This document shows positions 39,519 to 48,078 of a stretch of DNA of 64,000 bases, one piece after another; position 1 is the stretch's first letter; each line of letters starts with the position of its first letter. Source of the stretch: an uncultured Arcobacter sp. (GTDB lineage: Bacteria > Campylobacterota > Campylobacteria > Campylobacterales > Arcobacteraceae); contig CAYZST010000002.1 of NCBI GenBank assembly GCA_964480765.1, positions 28,485 through 92,484 of the forward strand, read 5' to 3'. A program made the translations under genes and the position numbers. Under the pieces are notes generated by a model that had not been told where the DNA came from, did no database searches, and saw nothing but the letters and a program-made list of their open reading frames with translations.

Positions 39519-40629
39519 ATTTTCTGTACTTTTAGTAGATGATGTTGAAGAAAATATCTATTCTTTAAAAATGATTATTGAAGATAGTTTTGATATTAAT
39601 ATTTATAGTGCGTTAAGTGCCAATGAGGGAATGGAAATTCTAATGAAAGAGCATGTAGATTTAATATTAAGTGATATTCAAATGCCAGATATTGATGGTT
39701 TCCAATTTGCAGAATACATTAAATCAATTGAGAAAACAAAAAATATACCTATTATATTTATTACAGGTATTTATGATAAAGATGATTATCAAAAAAGAGG
39801 GTATGATTTAGGAGCAATAGAGTATATCTCAAAACCTATTAATGACAATCTTTTAACTGCAAAATTGAAGGTTTATATTGATCTTTTTGAAGAACAAAAA
39901 AAGACTCATAATGAGATAATAAAAAAAGATGAAATTTTAATTCATCAATCAAAAATGGCAACTATGGGTGAAATGATTGGGGTTATTGCTCATCAATTAA
40001 AACAGCCTTTAAATAATCTATCTTTATATTGTGCAGATGTTAAAGACTCATATACTTACGATGAAATTAATGATGAGTTTGTTAATGAATTTGACAAAAA
40101 TACAAAAGAACAGATCTCTTTTATGACAGAAACAATTAATGATTTCCTTAATTTCTTTAATCCTAAAAAAGAGAGAAAAGAGTTTTTAATCAAAGAGTCA
40201 TTAAATAAAACATTAGAGATATTAAAAAAACAACTTGAAAATGAGAATATAAAAATTAATTTAAATTTAGGAAATGAAACTGCCTTTGGTGTGGAATCTG
40301 AGCTTGAACAAGTATTTTTAAATCTTATTACAAATTCAAAAGAGGAGTTTGTAAATAAAGGGATTGAAAATAGGGAGATAAATATTACAAGTCTTACTAA
40401 AGATAATTATTCAATTACGATTTTGGAAGATAATGCTGGTGGAATAAAAGAGGAGAATCTTGATAAAATTTTTGATCCTTATTATACTACAAAAGAGCAA
40501 GGTACAGGAACAGGACTTTATATGGTAAAACTTGTGATAAAATCAAGTTTTCATGGAGATTTAAAAATTCAAAATAGTATTTATGGAGCTAAATTTATAA
40601 TTGTAATACCAAATAAAGAAAAAAAGTAG
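39511..40629 (+). CDS. Response regulator fused to a histidine kinase core (REC-HisKA-HATPase_c)
   Basis: The REC domain is paralogous to 34216-34809 ('VLLVDDVEEN', 'LILSDIQMPDIDG', 'YISKPI'). It is followed by the H-box 'IAHQLKQPLNNL' and the ATPase 'GTGTGLYMVK'. Overlaps the upstream kinase by 8 nt. Confidence 0.85.
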   Translation: MDKFSVLLVDDVEENIYSLKMIIEDSFDINIYSALSANEGMEILMKEHVDLILSDIQMPDIDGFQFAEYIKSIEKTKNIPIIFITGIYDKDDYQKRGYDLGAIEYISKPINDNLLTAKLKVYIDLFEEQKKTHNEIIKKDEILIHQSKMATMGEMIGVIAHQLKQPLNNLSLYCADVKDSYTYDEINDEFVNEFDKNTKEQISFMTETINDFLNFFNPKKERKEFLIKESLNKTLEILKKQLENENIKINLNLGNETAFGVESELEQVFLNLITNSKEEFVNKGIENREINITSLTKDNYSITILEDNAGGIKEENLDKIFDPYYTTKEQGTGTGLYMVKLVIKSSFHGDLKIQNSIYGAKFIIVIPNKEKK

Positions 40630-40712
40630 AGAATTGATTAGATTTAAGTTTGACTTTTTATTAGTAAAAATTGATTATAATATCTATATATTTAGTATAG
40701 GGTTGTAGAATA

Positions 40713-41060
40713 ATGAGTTATGAAGAGATTTTCATTCTAGGTTGGAATTTAAACTTAATAATGTTTTTATTGAATTTTGGACTTGCTTTTAAAATAATGA
40801 TTTCAAAAACTAAAGAAGAATTAATTGAGGATAATAAGATATTAAGTGAACTTAAACTAGAGTTTGATAAATATTATCCATATAGGAAATATGAAACTAT
40901 TGTTACATACCTAATACCATTTTGTGCCTTCTTTAGAATGTCTTATAGATTTTTAGAGATGTTTGCATTTTTTAATAGAAATCAAGATTGTACAATGGTT
41001 GATTATATGATTTATAAATATCAATCAGATATTGAACTTGCAAAAAATAGATTAAAATAA
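40713..41060 (+). CDS. Hypothetical small membrane protein
   Basis: 115-aa ORF with one or two hydrophobic segments. No recognisable motif. Confidence 0.4.
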   Translation: MSYEEIFILGWNLNLIMFLLNFGLAFKIMISKTKEELIEDNKILSELKLEFDKYYPYRKYETIVTYLIPFCAFFRMSYRFLEMFAFFNRNQDCTMVDYMIYKYQSDIELAKNRLK

Positions 41061-41088
41061 TTAATACTAGAATTTTGAAATTTAATAT

Positions 41089-41110
41089 TACAAAGGCAAA
41101 GGCCTTTGTA
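41089..41110. terminator. Hairpin between convergent genes
   Basis: TACAAAGG(41089-41096)/CCTTTGTA(41103-41110) with a 6-nt loop. It sits between the gene ending at 41060 (+) and the fumarase gene ending at 41121 (-). Confidence 0.5.
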
Positions 41111-41120
41111 GTTTAAGAGT

Positions 41121-42614
41121 TTAGATAGTTCTCCATTTAGCTGGTCCAGTTGTATGAATTGAGTTTCCTTCAGTATCAACTGCAACTGTAACAGGCATAT
41201 CTTTTACTTCAAATTCATAGATTGCTTCCATTCCCATCTCTTCAAATGCAAGAATTTTTGCATTTTTAATTGATTGAGAAATTAGATATGCTGCTCCACC
41301 AGTAGCAATTAGATAAGTTGATTTATACTCTTTGATTAAATCAATAGTTGGCTGTTTTCTTTCTGCCTTACCAATCATACCCATAATACCAATTTCCATC
41401 ATATCTTTAGTAAATTTATCCATTCTTGTAGAGGTAGTTGGTCCAGCAGGTCCTACAACTTCATCTCTTACTGGGTCAACAGGTCCAACATAGTAGATAA
41501 ATCTATCTTTTAAATCAACTCCATTTGGAAGTGGTTTTCCAGCATTTTTATATTCAACAATTTTTTTATGGGCAGCATCTCTTGCTGTTAAAATTTTTCC
41601 AGATAATAGTAGAGTATCTCCAGATTTAAACTCTTGAAGTTTCTGTTTTGTTAAATCTTCAATATTTACTCTTTTAATTGTATCCATTGGAAGTTCAATA
41701 TCAGGCCAAATATCTAAATCTGGTTTTTCAAATTTGGCAGAACCATTTCCATCTAATTCAAAATGAATATGTCTAGTTGCTGCACAGTTGGGAATCATTG
41801 CAACTGGTAATGAAGCAGCATGACATGGGTAATCTAAGATTTTAACATCAAGAACAGTTGTTAAACCACCTAGACCTTGTGCTCCAATTCCAATTTTATT
41901 AATATCTTCATATAATCTAAGTCTCAACTCCTCTAGAGCATTTTTTGGACCTCTTTGTTTTAATTCATGTATATCAACATGCCCCATTAAAGCTTCTTTT
42001 GCAAGTAACATTGATTTTTCTGGATTTCCACCAATACCAATTCCTAGAATTCCAGGGGGACACCATCCAGCACCCATTTGCTCAACATTTGACATTACCC
42101 AATCATAAATTGAATCAGATGGATTTAATACTGCAAATTTAGATTTGTTTTCAGAACCTCCACCTTTAGCTGCAACAGTGATATCAAGCTTATCAGAGTT
42201 TGTATCTATTGAGTAATGAATTACAGCAGGTGTATTATTTTTAGTGTTTTTTCTCTCTCCTGCTGGGTCAGCAACAACTGAAAATCTTAATTTATTATCT
42301 GGATCAGTGTATCCTTTAGCAACACCTTCATTTAAAATATCTTCAATAGGTCTTGAAATATCAAGGTTAGCCTTTAAACCTACTTTTACAAATAGATTTA
42401 TACTTCCAGTATCTTGACAAAGTGGTCTATGACCCATTGCACACATTTTTGAGTTTATTAAAATTTGTCCAATTGCATTTTTTGCTGATTCAGACTCCTC
42501 TTTTTCATAAGCTTCAACCATTCCCTTTACGAAATCTTCAGGATGATAAAAAGAGATATATTGACATGCATCTGCTATGCTATTTATAATATCTTGTTCT
42601 GTGATTTTTCCCAT
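41121..42614 (-). CDS. Class I (Fe-S dependent) fumarate hydratase, fused alpha+beta domains
   Basis: 497 aa. 'CQDTGS' and the Cys ligands of Fe-S hydro-lyases. The C-terminal beta-domain carries 'GPTTSTRMD'. Confidence 0.85.
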   Translation of the reverse strand: MGKITEQDIINSIADACQYISFYHPEDFVKGMVEAYEKEESESAKNAIGQILINSKMCAMGHRPLCQDTGSINLFVKVGLKANLDISRPIEDILNEGVAKGYTDPDNKLRFSVVADPAGERKNTKNNTPAVIHYSIDTNSDKLDITVAAKGGGSENKSKFAVLNPSDSIYDWVMSNVEQMGAGWCPPGILGIGIGGNPEKSMLLAKEALMGHVDIHELKQRGPKNALEELRLRLYEDINKIGIGAQGLGGLTTVLDVKILDYPCHAASLPVAMIPNCAATRHIHFELDGNGSAKFEKPDLDIWPDIELPMDTIKRVNIEDLTKQKLQEFKSGDTLLLSGKILTARDAAHKKIVEYKNAGKPLPNGVDLKDRFIYYVGPVDPVRDEVVGPAGPTTSTRMDKFTKDMMEIGIMGMIGKAERKQPTIDLIKEYKSTYLIATGGAAYLISQSIKNAKILAFEEMGMEAIYEFEVKDMPVTVAVDTEGNSIHTTGPAKWRTI

Positions 42615-42808
42615 TATTACTTTCCTTTTATATAATAAGCTTGGAATAATTATATCTTATATCTAATAATTAAAAAGAATTAAAAAGCTTGTTTAAGTAA
42701 TTATAAAATGCCAAAGTTACGCAATTTCACATATTTTAAATGCTTACATAAAATATTTCTAGAAAAGTTAATTTCTTTTAAATTTATAAAATTGTTTTAC
42801 TAATAAAC

Positions 42809-44098
42809 TTAAAAATTTTCAACAATTTCTTTGATGATTTTACCAATTTTTTCAACTGATTTTATCTCAACTTTTTCTCTATTTGAGTGAGGATTAAAAA
42901 TATTTGGACCAATAGAAGCTATTTTCATGTCAGGAAATTTTTCTTTGAAAATTGCACATTCAAGTCCTGCATGAATTGCTTTTAACGAAGCTTTTTTATT
43001 GTACTTTTTATAGATCTTTAAAATATTATTTGTAAACTCATTTATATCTGGTTTCCAAGCGGGATATTTTCCATTTGTTGTGACTTCAAAACCATAATTT
43101 TCAAGTAAAGAAATAGTCTCTTTTTTTAGTCTAAATAACTCTTCATTTAACATTGATCTGGCACTAAGTTCAATATTAATTTCATCAATTGAAGTAGAGA
43201 TTTTAGCTAAATTAATTGAGTTTAATACAACATTTAAATCCTTATTATATGCTCTAACACCATGTGCAAATGAATAAATAAAATCCACTATATTACTATT
43301 CCAAATATTTAAATGTTCAGTTTTAGTATCAATTTTTGTTATACAGATATTTTTATGTGAAATATTTTCTGGATAATTTTTAAAGGCTACTATTGCTTTA
43401 ACATTAACAGGAATTGAATTTACTCTTTCTCCACCATTAATGTCAAGTAATAAACCACTATTTTCCTTTATTAGTTGAGCGATTAATTTTATTGCATTTG
43501 GTATATTAAGATGAATATTAACACCACTATGACCACCTGGAAGATTTCCAATTGATACCTCATATAATTTATAGTTTTCAGTGTTCTTTATAATCTGCTT
43601 TTTGTTATTTTTTCCAAAAATATCTATTCCACCTGCACAACCAATACAAACCTCTCCTTCCTCTTCACTATCTATATTTAGCATATATTTAGCATTTAGT
43701 TTATGTTCTAAATTATTAGCACCTATTAAGCCTATCTCTTCATCACTTGTAAATAGAAACTCAATATCATAGTTCTTTGTCATAAGTGATAGCATATATG
43801 AGCATCCTATACCATTGTCTGCACCAAGAGTTGAATTTTTTGCTTCTAAAAAGCCATCTACTTCAATTATCTCAGGAATAGTTCCATCAATTAAACAAAC
43901 AATATCATAATGGTTTTGGATACATAAATTGGCTTTTGAATCTCTTTTTTTACATAAAATATTATTGTAATTATCTATAAGACATTCATAATTATATTTA
44001 GAAGAAAAATCTTTCATGTAAGCAATAAAAGGTTCGTAAGTTCCACTACATCTTGGGATTGTAGTGATTTCTTTAAAAATCTCTATGACATTATTCAC
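42809..44098 (-). CDS. M20-family dipeptidase, PepD (aminoacyl-histidine dipeptidase)-like
   Basis: 429 aa. 'LGADNGIG', 'TSDEEIGLIGA' and 'PGGHSG' motifs. Confidence 0.75.
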   Translation of the reverse strand: MNNVIEIFKEITTIPRCSGTYEPFIAYMKDFSSKYNYECLIDNYNNILCKKRDSKANLCIQNHYDIVCLIDGTIPEIIEVDGFLEAKNSTLGADNGIGCSYMLSLMTKNYDIEFLFTSDEEIGLIGANNLEHKLNAKYMLNIDSEEEGEVCIGCAGGIDIFGKNNKKQIIKNTENYKLYEVSIGNLPGGHSGVNIHLNIPNAIKLIAQLIKENSGLLLDINGGERVNSIPVNVKAIVAFKNYPENISHKNICITKIDTKTEHLNIWNSNIVDFIYSFAHGVRAYNKDLNVVLNSINLAKISTSIDEINIELSARSMLNEELFRLKKETISLLENYGFEVTTNGKYPAWKPDINEFTNNILKIYKKYNKKASLKAIHAGLECAIFKEKFPDMKIASIGPNIFNPHSNREKVEIKSVEKIGKIIKEIVENF

Positions 44099-44221
44099 TT
44101 ATTTCCTTTTTGGCTTGATTATAACTAATTATATTTAAAAATAGTAATAAGAAATAATAAAATTTAAGCTTTATATAAACTCTTTTAATTATTATAAATA
44201 TATTAAATACAGGGGATTTAG

Positions 44222-44785
44222 ATGATTATAGATTATAAAGATATAAGCGACTTAAATAGGTATAAAATTATGTCTGATACTGTTGTTCCAAGACCAATTG
44301 CGTGGATTGTAACGGAGGATGAGGGTATTATTAATGCAGCACCATTTTCCTATTTTGTTCCTTTATCTTCAAATCCAGCAGTTGTAATTGTATCTATTGG
44401 AGAAAAAGAAGATGGGATACCTAAAGATTCATTATATAATATATTAAAACATAAAAAAGCAACTATTTGTTTTGTAAATAAAGATAATACTGAGCAAGTT
44501 AAACAGTGTGCAAATATGCTTCATAAATATGAGAGTGAGATTGAAAAATATGAAATTAGTGTACAAAAACCATTAGAGGAATTTCCTCCAATGATTAGCT
44601 CTACTCAAACTGCATTATTTTGTGAGTTTTATCAAAAGGTTGATATTCCAGGGAAAACTACACCTATAATATTAGAAGTAAAAAAGCAGTTTATTGAGGA
44701 TGGAAGATTAGATGAAAGATTTCATGTCCATGTAGAAAATATAGGTAGAAGTGGAGCTTTTTTCAAAGCAATGGTGGACTTATAA
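44222..44785 (+). CDS. Flavin reductase-like (FMN-binding split-barrel) protein
   Basis: 187 aa. 'VVPRPIAWIVT…NAAPFSYF' is typical of flavin reductase-domain proteins. Confidence 0.75.
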   Translation: MIIDYKDISDLNRYKIMSDTVVPRPIAWIVTEDEGIINAAPFSYFVPLSSNPAVVIVSIGEKEDGIPKDSLYNILKHKKATICFVNKDNTEQVKQCANMLHKYESEIEKYEISVQKPLEEFPPMISSTQTALFCEFYQKVDIPGKTTPIILEVKKQFIEDGRLDERFHVHVENIGRSGAFFKAMVDL

Positions 44786-44855
44786 GTTTTAAAAAAAGTA
44801 TAAGATGCTTGTTTTATTATTAAAATAGAAGAAGAGTAAAGAACTTTTCTTCTAT

Positions 44856-45698
44856 TTATTCTACAATTTGATGAACTTTACTACATTGAGATAGATGTAA
44901 ATCCATTCCAGACATATCTTGCATAATATCCTCAAAAGAGTGAACGTGAGCGTTATATACATATACAAAAATTTCATCCCCTTTTTCTAAGAAGTTATGT
45001 TTACCAAAATCTGTATATGCGGTTGCTCCAGCGGCTATTAATAATCCTTTATGTTTATTAATATCTTTTATAAAAGGAGGTAGCTCTTCTAAAGGTCCAC
45101 AATCCTCTTGTTCATTAAATTTTTCAATCATCCAATCTTTTAATTGTTCAAAAAAATATGAATATGATTTAACCGCACTAATAGTACCGTAATCTTTTAA
45201 AATACCATCTCTTCTAACAAAAGAAGCAATATGATATTTCCCAATGTTTCCATCTTCTGTAAATTTATCAATTTCAATAAACTCAGATGCAATTCCTTTT
45301 GAATATGCTCCCCAGTTTTTCTTTGTACTTAATTTATTTCCATCTTGAACTCTATTTGAACAATCATTAAATGCTCCAAAGTATCTAGGTTTTAAATCAA
45401 TTAATTTCTTGTTCTCATATACAAAATCACAAAGTAGAGCAACTTCTGCTTCAACTTGCAGTTGTTTCATATTATTAAGATTAATTTTATCCATACAAAC
45501 TGGAAAATCACCTAGAAATGAATTATGGTTTGGAATGTAAAAAGGGAATAACCCTTTAGGTGCATCTTTATCTTTTGTTTGAATTACTGAAAATTCATCT
45601 GCCTCACCAGCTTCACCTAAGTGGTTTGCAAAATTTCCTGCAACACCAAAACCTAAATAATCTTTTAACTCTTCTAAATCTATATGTATTTTATTCAT
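44856..45698 (-). CDS. Hypothetical protein, possibly remote fumarylacetoacetate-hydrolase (FAH)-fold
   Basis: 280-aa clean ORF. Weak FAH-like pattern by eye ('GVAGNFANHL', 'VEAEVALL', 'LIAAGATAYTDFG…GDEI'). Confidence 0.4.
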   Translation of the reverse strand: MNKIHIDLEELKDYLGFGVAGNFANHLGEAGEADEFSVIQTKDKDAPKGLFPFYIPNHNSFLGDFPVCMDKINLNNMKQLQVEAEVALLCDFVYENKKLIDLKPRYFGAFNDCSNRVQDGNKLSTKKNWGAYSKGIASEFIEIDKFTEDGNIGKYHIASFVRRDGILKDYGTISAVKSYSYFFEQLKDWMIEKFNEQEDCGPLEELPPFIKDINKHKGLLIAAGATAYTDFGKHNFLEKGDEIFVYVYNAHVHSFEDIMQDMSGMDLHLSQCSKVHQIVE

Positions 45699-45939
45699 TT
45701 TTTAATACCTTTTTATATTTTTTCTAACAATAAGTTTTCTATTTTTCGATTATTTAAATTGTGAGGAATATGGTTGAAATTTACATTTTGAAGATTTTTA
45801 TATTAAGTTTATCGTTCGCGTGTAAAAACTACTCTCACAATTTTTTTTTACTTTGACCACCTTGACTACTCCAAGGAGAATGGCAAGTTTAGTTGTGACA
45901 GTTATAATTAAGTCTTTCATTTTCTTCCCTTCTAATAAC

Positions 45940-45969
45940 TTAGAAAAAGAGAATAACCTCTTTTTCTAA
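45940..45969. repeat. Perfect 12-bp inverted repeat TTAGAAAAAGAG-N6-CTCTTTTTCTAA
   Basis: Arms at 45940-45951 and 45958-45969, 36 nt downstream of the stop of the 46005 gene on the minus strand. No adjacent U-tract in either orientation. Confidence 0.6.
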
Positions 45970-46004
45970 AAGTTTGCTTTAAAACTCTTACTTAATCTCT
46001 CTAA

Positions 46005-46988
46005 TTAAGCAAAAAATCTTTTTTCTGTCTCTTCCATTAATGTTGCACCAGAGTATTTAGCTCTTTGTACTAACTCCCAAAAGTATCTGTATGTTGCTCT
46101 ATCGTGTAGCTCACCATCATACTGAATTGGTCCCCAATCTGCATCTTGTGCTTTAATTAGGATATTTTGAGCTGCTTCTAACTCTGTAAAATCTGGTTTC
46201 ATAGCATCAACGATTGCTTGTACTTGTGTTGGGTAAATAGACCACATTCTCATAAATCCGAACTCATTTCTTGCTCTTTCAGCATCTTTGTAAGTTTGGT
46301 ATGGATTTTTAAGGTCTAATGTAACGTTATGTGCTGGAATAACATGGTTTTGTATAGCTGCTTGAGCAACTTTTGCTTTTGCAGCACCAATTAATCTGTG
46401 ATCAAATTGACCAGGAGATCTCATATTAATTGCAGGAATTGCACCTTGGTATCCAGATACAAAGTCCATTAAACCGAAATCTAATACTTGTAACCATGGT
46501 AATGTAGCAATTTTTTCTACATCTTGTAATGCTCCATGAGTTTCAATAAGTACGTGAATTGGAATCTCTCTACTAATTCCAGCCTCTTTAGCTACTTTTT
46601 GAATATACTCAATTTGAGTTTTGGCATCTTCATAACAAGTTGATTTTGGTAATGTAATATATGCTAGTTTTTCACCAGCACCTGGAACTAAGATATCAAC
46701 GTCTTGTCTCCAGTCTGGGTGAGAGTGGTCGTGGATTCTTGTTCCAGCCATTGCATATGGATTATCCTCAGAGTTAACAACTCTAACAATCATCTCAGCA
46801 TGTTCAACCTCTTTACCAGTCTCAGCTCCATCTTCACAATCACATGTTATATCAAAAACTGGTCCAAGTTTTCTTTGCATATCAAAACCTTTTTTAATTA
46901 GTTTTTCACTTCCTGCAAAGTGCTCACAAGTTGGAATAATTGGTAATGATTTTCCAGATTCAAATAGTGCTTCATTTGGGTGTGTCAT
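46005..46988 (-). CDS. HpcH/HpaI / CitE-like acyl-CoA lyase (malyl-CoA/citramalyl-CoA lyase family)
   Basis: 327 aa with family motifs 'DCEDG', 'ITLPK', 'LIETHGA', 'FGLMDFVSG' and 'YDGELHD'. Confidence 0.7.
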   Translation of the reverse strand: MTHPNEALFESGKSLPIIPTCEHFAGSEKLIKKGFDMQRKLGPVFDITCDCEDGAETGKEVEHAEMIVRVVNSEDNPYAMAGTRIHDHSHPDWRQDVDILVPGAGEKLAYITLPKSTCYEDAKTQIEYIQKVAKEAGISREIPIHVLIETHGALQDVEKIATLPWLQVLDFGLMDFVSGYQGAIPAINMRSPGQFDHRLIGAAKAKVAQAAIQNHVIPAHNVTLDLKNPYQTYKDAERARNEFGFMRMWSIYPTQVQAIVDAMKPDFTELEAAQNILIKAQDADWGPIQYDGELHDRATYRYFWELVQRAKYSGATLMEETEKRFFA

Positions 46989-47010
46989 ATTAATATCCTT
47001 TTTCTAAAAT

Positions 47011-48069
47011 TTATTTTTTTGTTTTTCTTTTTGGGATTACTACTGTGTAATCTAAATCAAGTACAACATTTTTCAAGTACTTACCATTTTCATCTTTTGG
47101 TGACTCAATCTCATCAGGTTTTTGATTTTTAATTGCGATTGTTCTAAGTCTTAATAGACCAATATCTTCTCTTTTATGATTAATTACTTCTAATACTTCA
47201 GTATATGCATAGATTGTATCTCCTGCATATGTTGGATTAGCATGTGCACCAGAGTTAATGGCATACATCCATTGTGCATTTTGTAAACCATTAAATGAGA
47301 TTGCTCTTGCAATAGAGATTACTACTCCACCGTACATTAATCTCTCTTTCATAGGAGTAGATTTCATCATATGGTCATTAAAGTGAACCTTAGCATTATT
47401 TTGATAAAGCTTAGTTGCTAAAGTGTGATCACTATTATCAATTGTAATACCTTCTGGATGATTTAATCTTTCACCTTCTTTATAATCTTCAAAGAAAAAT
47501 TTTCCACCAGAGGCATCTGTGTCAACACATTTAATCTCTGGAATATTAATTTCATCTAAGATAGGAGTTGATTCTGCAAAAGTAGGAATCTGTTTAATTC
47601 CTGTTAAACTCTCTTTATTCTTTTTATGAACCATAACCCATCTTTTGAAGTTAAGTACTTCATCTCCATTCTGATTTACACCAATAGAGTGAACATATAC
47701 AACTCCTGATTTTCCATTTGAGTTCTCTTTTAATCCAATTATTGTTGAAGTCATACAGACTGTATCTTCAACATATACTGGATTAGGAAAGGCAATTTCT
47801 GCATAACCTAAGTTAGCAATTGCATTTAATGAAATATCTTGTACCGATTTGCCAAAAGTTAAATGAAACATCAAAAGATCATCAATTGGTCTTTTATTAT
47901 ATCCCATCTCTTTTGCAATAACATCTGATGAGTGCAGTGCAAATCTAGAACCAGTGAAGGCGATGTATAAAGATACATCTCCATCAGTGATAGTTCTAGG
48001 AAGAGGGTGTACTATTTTTTGCCCAATTGTAAAATCTTCAAAAAAGTTTCCAATATTTATTTTAGACAC
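47011..48069 (-). CDS. MaoC-like double hotdog enoyl-CoA hydratase, mesaconyl-CoA hydratase (Mch)-like
   Basis: 352 aa. 'GNFFEDFTIGQ', 'PRTITDGDV' and 'LNAIANLGYA' match my recollection of 2-methylfumaryl-CoA hydratases. The size fits a fused double hotdog. Confidence 0.7.
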   Translation of the reverse strand: MSKINIGNFFEDFTIGQKIVHPLPRTITDGDVSLYIAFTGSRFALHSSDVIAKEMGYNKRPIDDLLMFHLTFGKSVQDISLNAIANLGYAEIAFPNPVYVEDTVCMTSTIIGLKENSNGKSGVVYVHSIGVNQNGDEVLNFKRWVMVHKKNKESLTGIKQIPTFAESTPILDEINIPEIKCVDTDASGGKFFFEDYKEGERLNHPEGITIDNSDHTLATKLYQNNAKVHFNDHMMKSTPMKERLMYGGVVISIARAISFNGLQNAQWMYAINSGAHANPTYAGDTIYAYTEVLEVINHKREDIGLLRLRTIAIKNQKPDEIESPKDENGKYLKNVVLDLDYTVVIPKRKTKK

Positions 48070-48078
48070 AAGTTCTCC

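Noticed and set aside
45880-45969. 29-codon plus-strand ORF (MASLVVTVIIKSFIFFPSNNLEKENNLFF) preceded by AGGAG in the spacer below the lyase operon.
   Set aside because: The SD-like AGGAG ends 1 nt before the ATG, which is non-functional spacing. The ORF tail is simply the palindrome sequence. There is no promoter evidence. I mention it only as part of the spacer finding.
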